NCBI RefSeq assembly: GCF_020745735.1 | Contig: NC_083439.1 | Location: forward strand, 2,790,001-2,854,000 | Length of the DNA: 64,000 nucleotides | Direction of reading: 5' to 3' | From: Hemiscyllium ocellatum | Taxonomy: Eukaryota | Shown here: positions 26,791-39,728 of the stretch, in pieces | Position numbering within the stretch: position 1 is the first letter of the stretch | Layout: each line of letters starts with the position of its first letter | Made by a program: the position numbers and the translations under genes | Notes under the pieces: generated by a model | The model's input: only the letters and a program-made list of their open reading frames with translations | The model's database searches: none | What the model was told of the DNA's origin: nothing

Positions 26791-29700
26791 GTAAGTGGTT
26801 TGACGTATCAGCATCTCCTCTGTGATGGCTGAGAGGTGGGTCAAAAAAATGATCTGATAATGTTGCATGATGCACTAAATTACCAGCTAACAACAAATCA
26901 TTATCCAGTAAAATTTCTTTACACAAGACAGCCATAAAAAGATCAAACATTTTCAGAAAGAACTTAGTGGCCATCAAAAACATAAATCACTTTCTTCATC
27001 AAATGGTACATGTCAAGTATCTAGTTTAACACTTGTTGGTTTAAATAAAAAACTAGAAAGTTAAAAGGGATGATGCCAAACAGCTCACTGTAGTGAGCTT
27101 CCAGCTTTGATACCTTTGATTTTGGCTGCTGTGTGTTGAAGCTGGATGGTGAAATAATATCTCCCAGCAGGCATCCGTGAGCTTTGCTTTTGTAAAGGTA
27201 CCAATTGAAAGTCAATTACCTCGTAGATATGTCCTTAACAACCTAAAGTAAATTTGGCTTGAAACAAAACAGGCAGAAGTTGTTCAATTCTCACAAATCA
27301 AGATTTGTTGTTGGAAAATGACAGCATTTTGTCATGATTAACCCAGAGGCTGTTGTGTTAGATTAAAGAAGTAGGCAATCTCTTATTCAGTAGAGAAGCA
27401 GACAGAGAAACATTTTAATATTGAAAAATTGGAATGAATTTAAAAAAACGCCACCAAAACTGTATCAAATATCTTTGTGCCTTGAAACTAATAAGGAACA
27501 TTTACCATCAAAAATCTGCTTCCACAAAGGAAACAGCATTTCTGGGAGGAAGGTGGAGCTGCAAGAGAATATGCTGAATCCCATTTCATGTTTCAATCTC
27601 GATCACCGTGCCTCTGCCACAGCTCAGGGAGGAATGTACGTACGGATTGGGCTGTTACAGAGTACAGGCAGAGTTGGTTTGGCTACATAACAGGCACCAT
27701 ACTTGAGAAATAATTTATTGTTTAATGTCAAAGTGTGAATCTTTTATATAAATGCAATTATTTCAGTCAAAATATTATCCATACTATTTGCATATATAGT
27801 GAAAGTTCTTGGATGAATGGCACAGTGGTAGTATCCACATCTCTGAATCAGGAGGCCAGATTTCAAGGCCCATTTGTTCCAGAGATGTATGACATCTTTG
27901 AACAGGTTGATTTAAATAAAAACCTAGAAAGTTGGGGGGAGGGAAGCCAAACATCTCTCTGTAGCGAGCTTTCAGCTTTGGTACCTTGGCTGCTGTGTGT
28001 TAAAGGCTCTCGTGGTGCAGTGGTACCTCTTTGGAGCAGGCCTTGGTTCAGGTCCTGCATGCTCCAGAGGTACATCAGAACGCATGCACCCCTGTTGATT
28101 AGATGTATCTAGATTGAAGATTCCCAACTGTTTCTGTGCTTCAGCAGATTACAACCAGTGGTGGGACTCAGCTGGTGCCTTTGATAGTGATTATCGTTGG
28201 GCCAGCTGACCTCACAACTAACCCTAATCCATCCTCAACAGGGAGAAATCACTGGATAATGATCGGGAGCAGAAACCTTAGTTGACCTTTCCCTCCATTG
28301 TTGAATCTAAGATTTGTCACCACTACCAGAAACCCTGAGCTAAGATCCATATCTCGGTACAACAAAGGAGTCAGAACACCAAGGTAGTGATCAGTCTGGG
28401 TCAGGGCACCTGGCACAATACACAAAGTCCCATTTTCACAGAATACTGTTTAATTTCCCACCTCTCTGCAACCAGCACTAACTTGCTGATAAACTAGTGT
28501 GTTTCACAGTGAATATGCAGCATCCTTTAGTCAGACATCCTGCTCTGGGTGTATTATGTACAGCTTTAAAGTAGTGGGTTACAGGGTCAGTGTATATTTG
28601 ATTTTCTTCTCCACTTCATTATAGGTGGGGAGCCTATCAGGATATAAATTCCCAGGGCTGACTTCAGTAATTATACTGACTGGGGAGAACTGCTGCCACG
28701 GTGGGATCCATTCATCATGTACATTTCCATTGAATTCAGAAGTGACTATTGTCACAAGAAACAAAAATCAATTTTATTATTGATTAGCTTTGTAACAGTG
28801 CAATTAACCAGCTGCAAAAAGCTTTCACATTTTTTCCACTTTAAGGCCTACACATCTATCTTGCGACAATACTTAAAATATGTCAATAGGCTTTCAGCCA
28901 TAAAATGCAATTAATATGTGTGTTCTGAAGCAACTTGACCAGTCTGGGGACAAATACTCAACCTTCTGCATGTACGCCCCAACTCTTCAAAATTTCAAAT
29001 GGCCAGCTTACAAATCCTTCAGCAGCCTTTGTTAATTTTGAGTCTATCTCCCAGAATGGAGGAGAGCCCTTGTCAACTTTGTTTTCAGTCTCAGCAGGAG
29101 AGAAAGATCACCCGATGCAGTCCATGTTTAGCTGGCTCTAAGACAAGTTTACTGTTCTGACATTACTACCTTTCTCGCTCCTTTCTGTTTGCATGTGCTT
29201 TTACAGTGAATAGTGCAGCTCACCACCAGCTCTCATTCCATCAGCCAGGATGCTGCAGGTTGGTGTCAACTATTGGCCACATATTTTAAACTTATGAGTC
29301 TAACTTAAAATGAACTCTAATGAGAAACAAATTGGCCTTATTTTCACTGAACATGAAAAGCTGTTTCACTGGCTGTTAAAGTGTTACAGGACACACATTT
29401 TTCTTCCATATGTTTTACACAGTTTTACGGTGTTTTAAAAATAACTTCTACATTCACAGTTTCAATATCAGGCAAAAGCTTAAGATTTCCTTTGAAGCTG
29501 TGAGGCAGGATCTCAACATCTTGACCAAGATAACCTTTGAGCACATTCATGGCAGTTCACAGCCTGCTACAATAATACAGAAGTTTATAAAGTAATCATC
29601 ATTCTGTCTCTAATATGAAGGCTCTGCATACACTTGATGCTAACTTACTCCATTGTAAATTCTTGCATCAATGTTGACATTTTAATTATAAAATGTGCCA

Positions 29701-31031
29701 TATTAAAATTATACTTACTTGCAAATGTGTGTTATACTGCATTTAAACTGGAATTTATATCAGAAATATCAAACAAAAGCAGAACCTGTAACTTCAAAGT
29801 AGGTATTGAATTACCTCTCCACCCTTGTCCAATTATACTCCATCTTCTAAGGCTTCTTTCCCCTAAAGACAATCTCTTCGGGTATCACCGTATAAAACGC
29901 ACTCTTTCAAAACAAACCCAGCTGGCAACTGCCCACAAAGAAATGTGACGCAAATATTATTACACTCAAACAACTGAAACCCCGCTGGTGGTTTCAGACA
30001 CAACACAATGATTATTTTTCTTGCATTCCATAAATCAAAATATTCAATTTTCGAACTGGAATACTCAGATTTGCAGCTTTATTACTGATGCTCTAGCCTT
30101 GATGCCCGGTTTGATTTAAATGAACACACAGAGTCACGGTGTATTTTACTCAAGATTGAATAGTCCTTGGGGCTATTGAAGACCCACTTGATCTGCACAG
30201 TGACACCTCTATTTTAAAAGGCACACAAAGTAAAGTCAACCAAATTGTGGCTGTTTTGAAAAGGTGCAATATAAACACATTCCATAGCAACATTTTTAGC
30301 CTGTCATATGGACACAGTGCAGTTGGCCACAATGCTGGGAACTGAATTAAACTCAGTGTTGTACATATCTACACACCTGCTTTGTTTGTTGTTTGGAGGC
30401 AAGTCTCAGTAACTCACATAGCTCAAAGTTAGGCTCCATGAATTCACAAAGTTAACCTACAGATATATCCCACGTCTATGCGGTGAATTAAATTGACTTG
30501 CACAAAAGCAGCTAAGAGTGACTGTGGATAAACTCAAATACAGCGACTGTGAATCACAGCATAGGGACTGGCTGACTGATTATTACAATCTTATATTAGG
30601 AGGCTGCAGTAGCTGCTCTTCATGGCTTTATAAACAAAAATAAATGAAGTGGCCAACAACTCATTGAACATTAAAATCACTTCCAAAACTGAAAAGAAAT
30701 GTATCCATGCAAGGAGGCAAAACGTTGAACCACATCCAACTCACCCTCATTATTACATATAACCCTATTCTTTAACATATTTAACATTATTATTTCAAAC
30801 ACATGTAGCTCAAGGCCAACAACCTTCGATTCTTTTGTGGCTCATTTAAGTAAGAATATCTGTCACAAAGTACTGCTGTGGTATCAGTTGCCCACCGTTA
30901 CACAGCCTCTGTAAGGCTCACAAACCATAAAGTCTCACATTAGCTGAGAACAGATACGCTATAGTCTAATAGACTTTTATATTTGTCTATTGATCTGATG
31001 TTCTAAATGCTCAGCATTGTAGAATCTCACT

Positions 31032-31037
31032 TTTATT
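31032..31037 (-). terminator. Candidate SNAPC5 polyadenylation signal
   Basis: AATAAA on the - strand ~440 nt after the stop codon. Confidence 0.4.
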
Positions 31038-31473
31038 CCCTCAGCAACAATCTGGCATATCAGTTTAAAATTGTCTTAATCCAAGAATTCTTCAATGCTT
31101 TGCTGTATCAAAAAATGTTCATGTTTCCTTTATACAGTAAGTTAAATGTCAAGTTCCCATTTTCTTCTCACTTTCAGTCTTTTTCCGTTTCTCTCATGAA
31201 AGGAGGTATAGCAATGAGGATAACGATTTCAAAAACACTCAATATCCCCAACAGATAGCAGACTGCAGGCTCAGAGATGGCAGACAGTCCCCTGTGGTGA
31301 CCACCTTTCCAGTGTATAGCTGAGTGTACATATATTGAGAAACAATGAGCTGATGCATTGCTGTAAAGATGAAACTCTGAATACAAGCCCAGTTCAACAC
31401 TCCACCTTCAAATGAAGCTGAGTACATTCTGTTTGTATGACTTCTTCGCATGCTGTTCTGAAAACTGATCTAT

Positions 31474-31605
31474 TTAGGAGATGCATTCTTCTTCATCCTC
31501 CTCCTCTTCCTCATTTTCTTGTGACGCATTTCTAACAGACTGTAATGTGTTCAACTGAAGCTGGGTTTGATTGATAACACTCGCATCATCCACCTGCATT
31601 GAGGA
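31474..31605 (-). CDS. SNAPC5: SNAPC5 coding exon 3 (terminal)
   Basis: SSMQVDDASVINQTQLQLNT...ENEEEEEDEEECIS*; INQTxLxL motif and acidic tail typical of SNAPC5; total protein 104 aa. Confidence 0.92.
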   Translation of the reverse strand, partial: SSMQVDDASVINQTQLQLNTLQSVRNASQENEEEEEDEEECIS

Positions 31606-34259
31606 CTACAGGAACAAAGAGTCAGCAAATGAAATGGATCACAATTACCATTCAATGGCAATGGCAGACCAGGCTAAAACTTGAACATCTCCAGTTTCTC
31701 ATGAGCTGAGTGTACTACTTCCTGACTATCATTCTGGTATAAAACAATGGTACTTTCTGCAACAAAGTAAATGATCTCTCATCCTCCAAGTCATTAATCT
31801 AGTAAATAATTGAAGTCCCATAACTGATCTCTATATACTCCAGTAGCTAGATCTTTCCAACCTTGAAAAGATCCATTAATCCCAACTCCGTCCTCTGTGT
31901 TAACCAATCCTCAATTCATGCAAATGCATTACTCTCAATTCCATATTCTCCTATTTTGTGCAAAATCCTTCTGTGCACCTTATTAAAAGCCTTCTGGAAA
32001 TCAAATACACTACAACTACTAGCTCTCTTTATCAATTCTGCTTGTTACATTCCTCAAAGAATTCCAACAAATTTGGAATAAGGGAAATACAGACCATGTG
32101 TGGGCAAATGGAATTAGTTTAGAGTCACATCATAGTACAGGCATACTGTACTTTATGAATGGTTTCCTTTTCACAAAACCATACTAACTTGGTTTGAGTG
32201 CATTAAGTTTTTCTAAGTATCCTCCTATTTCTTCCTTAATAAGGGACTCTAGTATTTTTCCAGATGTTAGATTAACTGGCTTGTAGTTTCCTGCTTCCTG
32301 TCTCCTTCCCTTCTTGAACAGGGATGTTAAATACAGGCTTTACCAATGTGCTGACACTCTTCTGTTTCCAGTGAGTTCTGGAATATTTTGACCAATGCCT
32401 CCACCATCTCAGCAGGCACTTCCTTCCTTTAAAACTTCTCTTGCTCCCCAGCACTGCATCCTGAATCAAACTCATTATCTCCCACACCAATCTCTGAGCC
32501 AGGTATTTTTCTCTACACTGCAATTTAAACATGGCTGGTAGTTAATCCAGAGATGAACCCACCTCTGTGTTTTTGCTTTATCATTTAGCACAGAGTAGTT
32601 TATAATCCCTCAGTGGACAACACAGCCTTCAGAACATTGTTTATCGCAGAGAAGGTAGTTACCTAGTCCCCAAGATATTCCCTAAGACTGTTATATTTCT
32701 TTCTCAGTGCACATCCTACCCAGTCTCTGCCCTCGTCCCTTGCTAAGCAAGAACTTTGAAACGACTGGAGCTGAAGCTCCTTCAAATCGAAATTCAGGAT
32801 CATCATACCTCCATCACTCAGTTACACCTACCTGCCTCTGAACTGTAATTAGTCCATGATTTGTACTGCTTCCTGAATCAGTGACCAGGTACCTTTCCCC
32901 ATCTTAGTAACTACAGCTCACTAACTCAGAGGTGAAGACCCTTGAGCAGCAAGCAATTGCTGTAGATTTGATCACTGTGGATTGCATTAGTATCCACAAA
33001 CTCCTACATACTACAGCTGCAAGACATCGAGTGAGCCTTCTTTGAACTGTCTCCTCATGTCCTCAAGTGCAAATTCTTCCCACTTTAGTCTCATCAACGT
33101 CCTAGACAATCACAGCACAACCTCTCTATTATATTCCATTCCCCTTGTAAAAATAAATCACAACTTTCTATTTGCCTTCCTAACCACACTAACATTTTCA
33201 GCTTCACATACAGGACCCTCAAGTCTCTATAGATCACTGGATTCTGCAAAATCTCTCCATTTAATAATACACTGCTTTTCTATTTCTTCTGCCAAAATTG
33301 ACAAGTTTATATGTTACCCCTACACAGTATATAATTTGGATTATTGTGACTATTTTCCCAGCAAAAAGGAAAATTAAGAGGAGATTTGATAGAGATATTC
33401 AAAATCATAAAGGGTCTAGGCAATGTAGTTATGGAGAAACCATCCCCATTGGCAGGATAATTGAAAGACCAAAGGGGCAAAAGAAACAATTATGATTTTT
33501 TTTTCACGCTGAGAGTGGTTACGGATTGGAATGGACAGCCTGAAACTATGGTGGAGGTAGATCAATTGATCCATTGAAGAAGAAACTGGATTATTAGCTG
33601 AAAAGGAAGAAGGTGCAAGGCCACAGGAGAAAGCAGGGGAGTGACATCAGGTGTTCATTCAGATCACCAACACAAACATGACATCGACTGAATGGTGTCC
33701 TCTAATTCATGTAACCATTCTGTAATTTTACCTCATGCTGATGGCCTGAGATATGTTTTTACCCACAAGAAGAATTATTTTTGTACCCATTCCATCAAAA
33801 TAAATTTGATGGACCTGTGTTCGGGTCACCACAGGAACCTTCTTTTGCCCAAGAGGTCAGCATGCCAAGCCCTTCCTGATATGGACCCCTATTTCTAGTC
33901 ATGTAGGTCTTCCCTGAATCCTCTCTGTACTCCTACATCTTCTCCATTCCTACCTTCCCAATTCTGTTTGAAATAAAGTCTGGTGCTTGGATTGTTCTTC
34001 TGTGGCTTGGCTAACCTGTCACTAACTAGTCAGCAATTAGTGTACCGCTGCTCAGAGATACCTGCTTTCCTCTACCATAGTTGGACTTGCACCTTCCATG
34101 TAATAAGTCGTCTCCCAAGTCACTCACCAAGATATAGTGCCTCACATTTATCTGTGTGAATTTAGTTTGCCAATTATTTATTAAGTTCTTCTGTAATTTA
34201 TTTCAAAGATGTCAAGGCCTTGGCAAGAATCAAGAGAAAATTTATTAGAATAGTTCTAG

Positions 34260-34555
34260 GTACGGCATGCTGGCTCAGTGGTTAGCTTTGCTGCCTCACA
34301 GCGTCACAGACCCAGGTTCGATTCCAGCCTCCAGTGACTATCTCTTCTAAGTTTGTATGTTCTCCCCATGTCAGTGTGCATTTCCTCCGGATGCTCCAGT
34401 TTCCTCCCACAATCCAAAGATGTGCAGGCTATTTGGGTTAGCCTTGGGAATTGTATGGTTACAGGGATAGGTTAGCAGGGTGGGTCTAGATGGGATGCTC
34501 TATAGAGGATCAGTGTGGATTCTATGGGCTGAATGGCCTGTGTCCACACTATGTC
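34260..34555 (+). mobile_element. V-SINE (HE1-like)
   Basis: TGGCTCAGTGG and GGTTCGATTCC boxes plus V-domain. Confidence 0.85.
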
Positions 34556-35083
34556 CACACGCTGTGGACATGAGTGAATCAGATGGGCTTTTCTGACAAC
34601 CAACAATAGAGTAATGGTTGTTAAGACTTTTTTTTAACTGAATTCCAATTCTCCCATCTATTGTGAGAGGATTTGAACCCAGGTTCCCAGAACATTACTT
34701 GGATTCCTGGATTAATAGTCCAGTGATATTACTACTAGGCTGCCACTTCCCTTTACTTAAATGATAGGTAAAAGAACCCAGAAGGGAGACGACGTGGAAA
34801 AAAACACATCATGCCCTAGCTTTTTTTTAAAGATAAGCCACATTTCACAGTCTTTCCTTCCTCCCCTCCCTCAGAACTCTACCATTTTATTTCAGAGAGC
34901 AAACAGAAGACAGACTGAACAAATGATGGGTGGAATGAAGCAAGGATAGCACAAGTCAATATCAGATGGGGATGCAGAATGATATACACAAAAGTTATTC
35001 AATATGTATTCATATGATGCTGTTACCTTGAAATTTTAAAAGAAAAATATATTAATGTTTATAGCTCAGATCAGATTTCTCAC

Positions 35084-35176
35084 CTCTACAGGTTCAGCTG
35101 CTTGACCACAGTTGTCAGTGTCATCATCACCATCTTCCCTAGTCATGATCATCGAGCGAAGGGCCAACTCTTCTAC
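35084..35176 (-). CDS. SNAPC5: SNAPC5 coding exon 2
   Basis: VEELALRSMIMTREDGDDDTDNCGQAAEPVE continues the LNRLK|VEELAL motif; 93 nt, GTGAGA donor. Confidence 0.93.
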
Positions 35177-35919
35177 CTAAAAGGTACACACATACCCCTT
35201 ACACAAGGATCCTTTCCACAAAAATGTTGGCTTCCAATACTGATAATCAGCATTCCTGCAGCATCTTTAACATACCAATATTACCAAGATACCAAGACAG
35301 GAATAAAGCCACCCTGAGCGATGGGAAATGACTAATGAAGGAGAAATCATTCAACCTCTAATTCAATTAGATCACTGCTAATCTGTACCATAATACCACG
35401 ATTGTCCTTTTTGGCATCATATCCCATTACTAAGTACAGATTAATATGTCGGGCCCAGAGCTTTAGAATCCCATAACCCATTAGTTACAAAGGGATTAGC
35501 TGGAGCATGCAAAACTTTGAAATAAATAGGAAAGGTTTGGAAGGACATGGGCCAGGAGCAGGCAGGTGGGACTAGTTTAGTTTGGGATTACATTCGGCAT
35601 GGACTGCTTGGACCAAAGAGGCTATTCCTGTGCTGTATGACTCCATGGGAACACACTGCAAGACATCAACCCAGAACCTAATTGTCAGAGCTCCACTTAC
35701 CTATCCACTCACCATAGCCTTTAATTTCTTTACTGATCAGTGGGTGTCTAGCTTTCCACTAACCCAGAGGAATACTAAACATTAAAGCCTCACAGAACTT
35801 CAACAATATCACTCACAATCTGTCAGTGACTGGGTATCCACAGTTTTGTTTGGGGTGAGGGGATGGGGAGGGGGCTTTTCCACTACCAGCTTTGAGGTAA
35901 ATGTTCACTGGTATCATTC

Positions 35920-36430
35920 TTAAGATGTTGTGAAACTTGAAAGGGTTCAGAAAAGATTTACAAGGATGTTGCCAGGGTTGGAGGGTTTGAGCTAGAGGGA
36001 GAAGCTGAACAGGCTGGGGCTGCTTTCCCTGGAGCATCGGAGGCTGAGAGGTCACCTTACAGAGGTTTACAAAATTATGAGGGACATGGATAGGATAAAT
36101 AGACAAAATCTTTTCCCTGGGGTCGGGGAGTCCAGAACTAGAGGGCATAGGTTTTGGGTGAGATTTGAAAGATATAAAAGTGACCTAAGGGGCAACTTTT
36201 TCACGCAGAGGGTGAAACGTGTATGGAATGAGCTGCCAGAGGATGTGGTGGAGGCTGGTACAATTGCAACATTTAAGAGGCATTTGGATGGGTATATGAA
36301 TAGGAAGGGTTTGGAGGGATATGGGCTGGATGCTGGCAGGTGGGACTAGATTGGGTTGGGATATCTAGTCGGCATGGACAGGTTGGACCGAAGGGTCTGT
36401 TTCCATGCTGTACATCTCTATGACTCTATA
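35920..36430 (+). mobile_element. CR1 3' fragment (SNAPC5 intron)
   Basis: SRTRGHRF...FFTQRV..WNELPE and CTCTATGACTCTAT tail. Confidence 0.88.
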
Positions 36431-36894
36431 AATGGTCTAACTCCAATTTTAAGATTAAAATCCTTTTTGTTTAAATATCCCCTCAGATACAATTGTTTTC
36501 TGTGTTTAGATTAGGGGAGATTAGCAAAGCTAAATTATTGGCTGCAGTCCAGCAGGATGACTTAACATTTTGTTTACAGTGTCGGATGGGTTACAGCTAA
36601 GCAAGGTTTTGAAGGTTCTGTTAGAAGGAACACCTACAGCCAGTTGTCAGTTCTGTAACAGGAGAATTGCAGGGATGCAATCAGTTAGGAACTGGAGTGC
36701 CAGCTTAGCTCAATTTATAACAGCAAGAGTGAGGGGATACTGCACAATTACACGTTGTCTCTCTTGAATAGGACTCCCACCACTACATAACTTGGATGTA
36801 AAATAATCCATGGCATTGCCAGTGTGTGCTACTCAGCATTTCTTCTACAACCAAAAACTTTCTGGCTATAAGAACATAAGAAATTGCAGCAGTT

Positions 36895-37880
36895 TTAGGA
36901 TCGGTGCTGGGCCCTCTACTTTTTTGTCATTTACATAAATGATTTGGATGAGAGCATAAAAGACACAGTTAGTATGTTTGCAGATGACACCAAAATTGGA
37001 GGTGTAGTGGATACCTCAGATTACAACAGGATCTGGACCAGATGGGCCAATGGGCTGAGAAGTGGCAGATGGAGTTTAATTCAGATAAATGAGGTGCTGC
37101 ATTTTGGGAAAGCAAATCTTAGCAGGACTTATACACTTAATGGTAAGGTCCTAGGGAGCGTTGCTGAACAAAGAGACCTTGGAGTGCAGGTTCATAGCTC
37201 CTTGAAAGTGGAGTCGCAGGTAGATAGGATAGTGAAGGCGGCGTTTGGTATGCTTTCCTTTATTGGTCAGAGTATTGAGTACAGGAGTTGGGAGGTCATG
37301 TTGCGGCTGTACAGGACATTGGTTATGCCACAGTTGGAATATTGCGTGCAATTCTGGTCTCCTTCCTATCAGAAAGATGTTGCGAAACTTGAAAGGGTTC
37401 AGAAAAAATTTACAACAATGTTGCCAGGGTTGGTGGATCTGAGCTACAGGGAGAGGCTGAACAGGCTGGGGCTGTTTTCCCTGGAGCGTCAGAGGCTGAG
37501 GGGTGACCTTATAGAGGTTTACAAAATTATGAGGGGCATGCATTGGGATAAATAGACAATGTCTTTTCCCTGGGGTCGGGGAGTCCAGAACTAGAGGGCA
37601 TAGGTTTAGGGTGAGAGGGCAAAGATATAAAAGAGACCTCAGGGGCAACTTTTTCACGCAGAGGGTGTTACGTGTATGGAATGAGCTGCCAGAGGATGTG
37701 GTGGAGGCTGGTACAATTACAACATTTAAGAGGCATTTGGATGGGTATATGAATAGGAAGGGTTTGGAGGGATATGGGCCGGGTGCTGGCAGGTGGGACT
37801 AGATTGGATTGGGATATCTGGTCAGCATGGATAGGTTGGACCAAAGGGTCTGTTTCCATGCTGTACATCTCTATGACTCT
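36895..37880 (+). mobile_element. CR1 3' fragment (SNAPC5 intron)
   Basis: FADDTKIGG RT C-terminus through the tail; closely similar to the 16083-17100 copy. Confidence 0.9.
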
Positions 37881-38933
37881 AGGAGTAATCCATCTAGCCT
37901 GTTGAGATGGTTCTGCCGTTCAATAAGATCAAGGCTGATCTTTCTGTGGACACAGTTCCACTTAGCCACCCACTCACGATAACCCTCCCTTCATGGTTCA
38001 AAAAATCTATCAATCTTAGCCTTAAAAATATTCAACAAGGTAGCGCCTCAACTGCTTCCTTGGGCACAGAATGCCACAGATTCACAACCCTTTGGGTGAG
38101 AAGGTCCTTCTCTCTCACTCCTAAATCTGTTCCCCCTTATTTTGAGGCTACACGCCCTAGTTCTAATTTCACCAGCCAGTAGAAACAACCTCCCTGCTTC
38201 TATCTTACCTATTCCCTTCGTACTTTTATATGATACTATAAGATCGCCCCTCCATCCTTTGAAATTCCAATGAGTACAGTCCCACTTTACTCAATCTCTT
38301 TACACAAGCCAACCCTCTCAGCTCTGGAATCTGCATAATCTGATGGCTGTGTTTGCTTGGCATAGCAACAGTTAGTCGCACGTGGGAAAGGGGCTGAAAC
38401 GGCCCCAGATCTCTAAATTGTAAACTTCAAGCTCCCATTGAATGAATGGCACAACATGCAGAACTGAAGAAAATAATTTTTTTTTAAAAATATAGGAAAT
38501 GATTCAGTGCCCTACCCAATCCTTAGTTTATGCTTATCCCACTAGAGGTGAATGTGTATCTCAGCCCAATGTCACAGTGCCCGATCTGCTGATACATGCT
38601 ACAAGCAAATGTAATCAAATTAAAAAGCTTGGGATGCTTTTACTTGAATCACAGGAGAGAACAAAGGCTAAGACTTAAGACTGTGTTTGGCTGGATGATG
38701 CAGGCAGAAGCACCTCCCACCCTAAACTGTCTCAATTCAGCAGGAGCAATGTCAAAAATGAGGCAGTGGAGTTGGGGAGGAGGGGTCCATGAACTGGACG
38801 GCCTGTGCTATACCTCACCAGGGAACACTTGCTATTGGCCCTGCTTGTAAAGGTACTTCATCCACCTACACAGAACAGCAGAACTTAAATCTATACATAA
38901 ACAATAGGTGTTATTTGTTGCATGTAGATATAC

Positions 38934-39023
38934 CTTGAGTCGGTTTAATTGATCTTGTAAACTGGTTTTGACTTTCAGTAGAGCTTCTTCTTCTTTCTTC
39001 AGCTCCTGCAACCGACTGAGCAT
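38934..39023 (-). CDS. SNAPC5: snRNA-activating protein complex subunit 5 (SNAP19), coding exon 1
   Basis: MLSRLQELKKEEEALLKVKTSLQDQLNRLK matches the SNAPC5 coiled-coil N-terminus; acceptor CTCCTCCAG 29 nt upstream (exon starts 39052) with an in-frame stop before the ATG; donor AAG|GTATAT. Confidence 0.95.
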
Positions 39024-39688
39024 TCTGAGTCCTTAGGAGTTTTAGTGTTTACCTGGAGGAGGAATAACTGCACCTTTTTAAGAATTGTGCACAAAGATGC
39101 TGTAAACTGAACACTGCATTCTCATAAGAGAAGCAGCCTGTGAAGACTAGGATACAGGAGAAATAAGCGGCTCATGACAATCAGAAAGGGGCATCAGACG
39201 AAACAAAGGGATTCCCACTGCCAGGCCAGTCAATATCTGAAACAAAAAGACAATTTAGCAGCTTTGTTGGAGCTGCGTACACAATGTTAACTAATTTTCT
39301 ACGATATAACTCCAGCACTCTGGTCATTTACACCACTTTAAAGAGCAAAGGCAGATAGTACCCATACCCAATCCTATCCATACGGACACCTCTTAAACAT
39401 GTAGATAATGTGCAAGAGGATTTCCCTACCACGCTACCAACCCCATGTTTAGAAGATGCATGGATGACAAGTATAAAATTATTTGATTGGTCAGTACAGG
39501 AAAGATACTCTAACCTGAAAAAAAAAAGGGGATGCTGCCTTCAAATTAAAACTAGGTAATTCTGGAATGAGATCAAGAAACAGTTTTCTCCATACAGAAA
39601 ATTCCTTTGACAGCGAGTTTTGAGAAGATCTGTAACTCAGGTTGAGGTTCTGGATGTAGGTTTGCTCACTGAGCTGCAAGGTTCATTT

Positions 39689-39728
39689 TCAGACGTTTCA
39701 TCACCATACTAGGTAATATCTTCAGTGA
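39689..39728 (-). ncRNA. Minimal type-I hammerhead ribozyme motif (Penelope pLTR), intact core
   Basis: UCA-CUGAAGA-U-AUUACC-uaguau-GGUGAU-GAAA-CGUC-UGA: stem I UCA/UGA, 6-bp stem II, ACGU palindrome as stem III, GUC cleavage triplet. Confidence 0.7.

Noticed and set aside
29814-30840. Assembly of - strand mini-exons into a coding gene
   Set aside because: Phases and stops did not give a convincing ORF and no homology was recognised; kept only as context for the 28579-28745 finding
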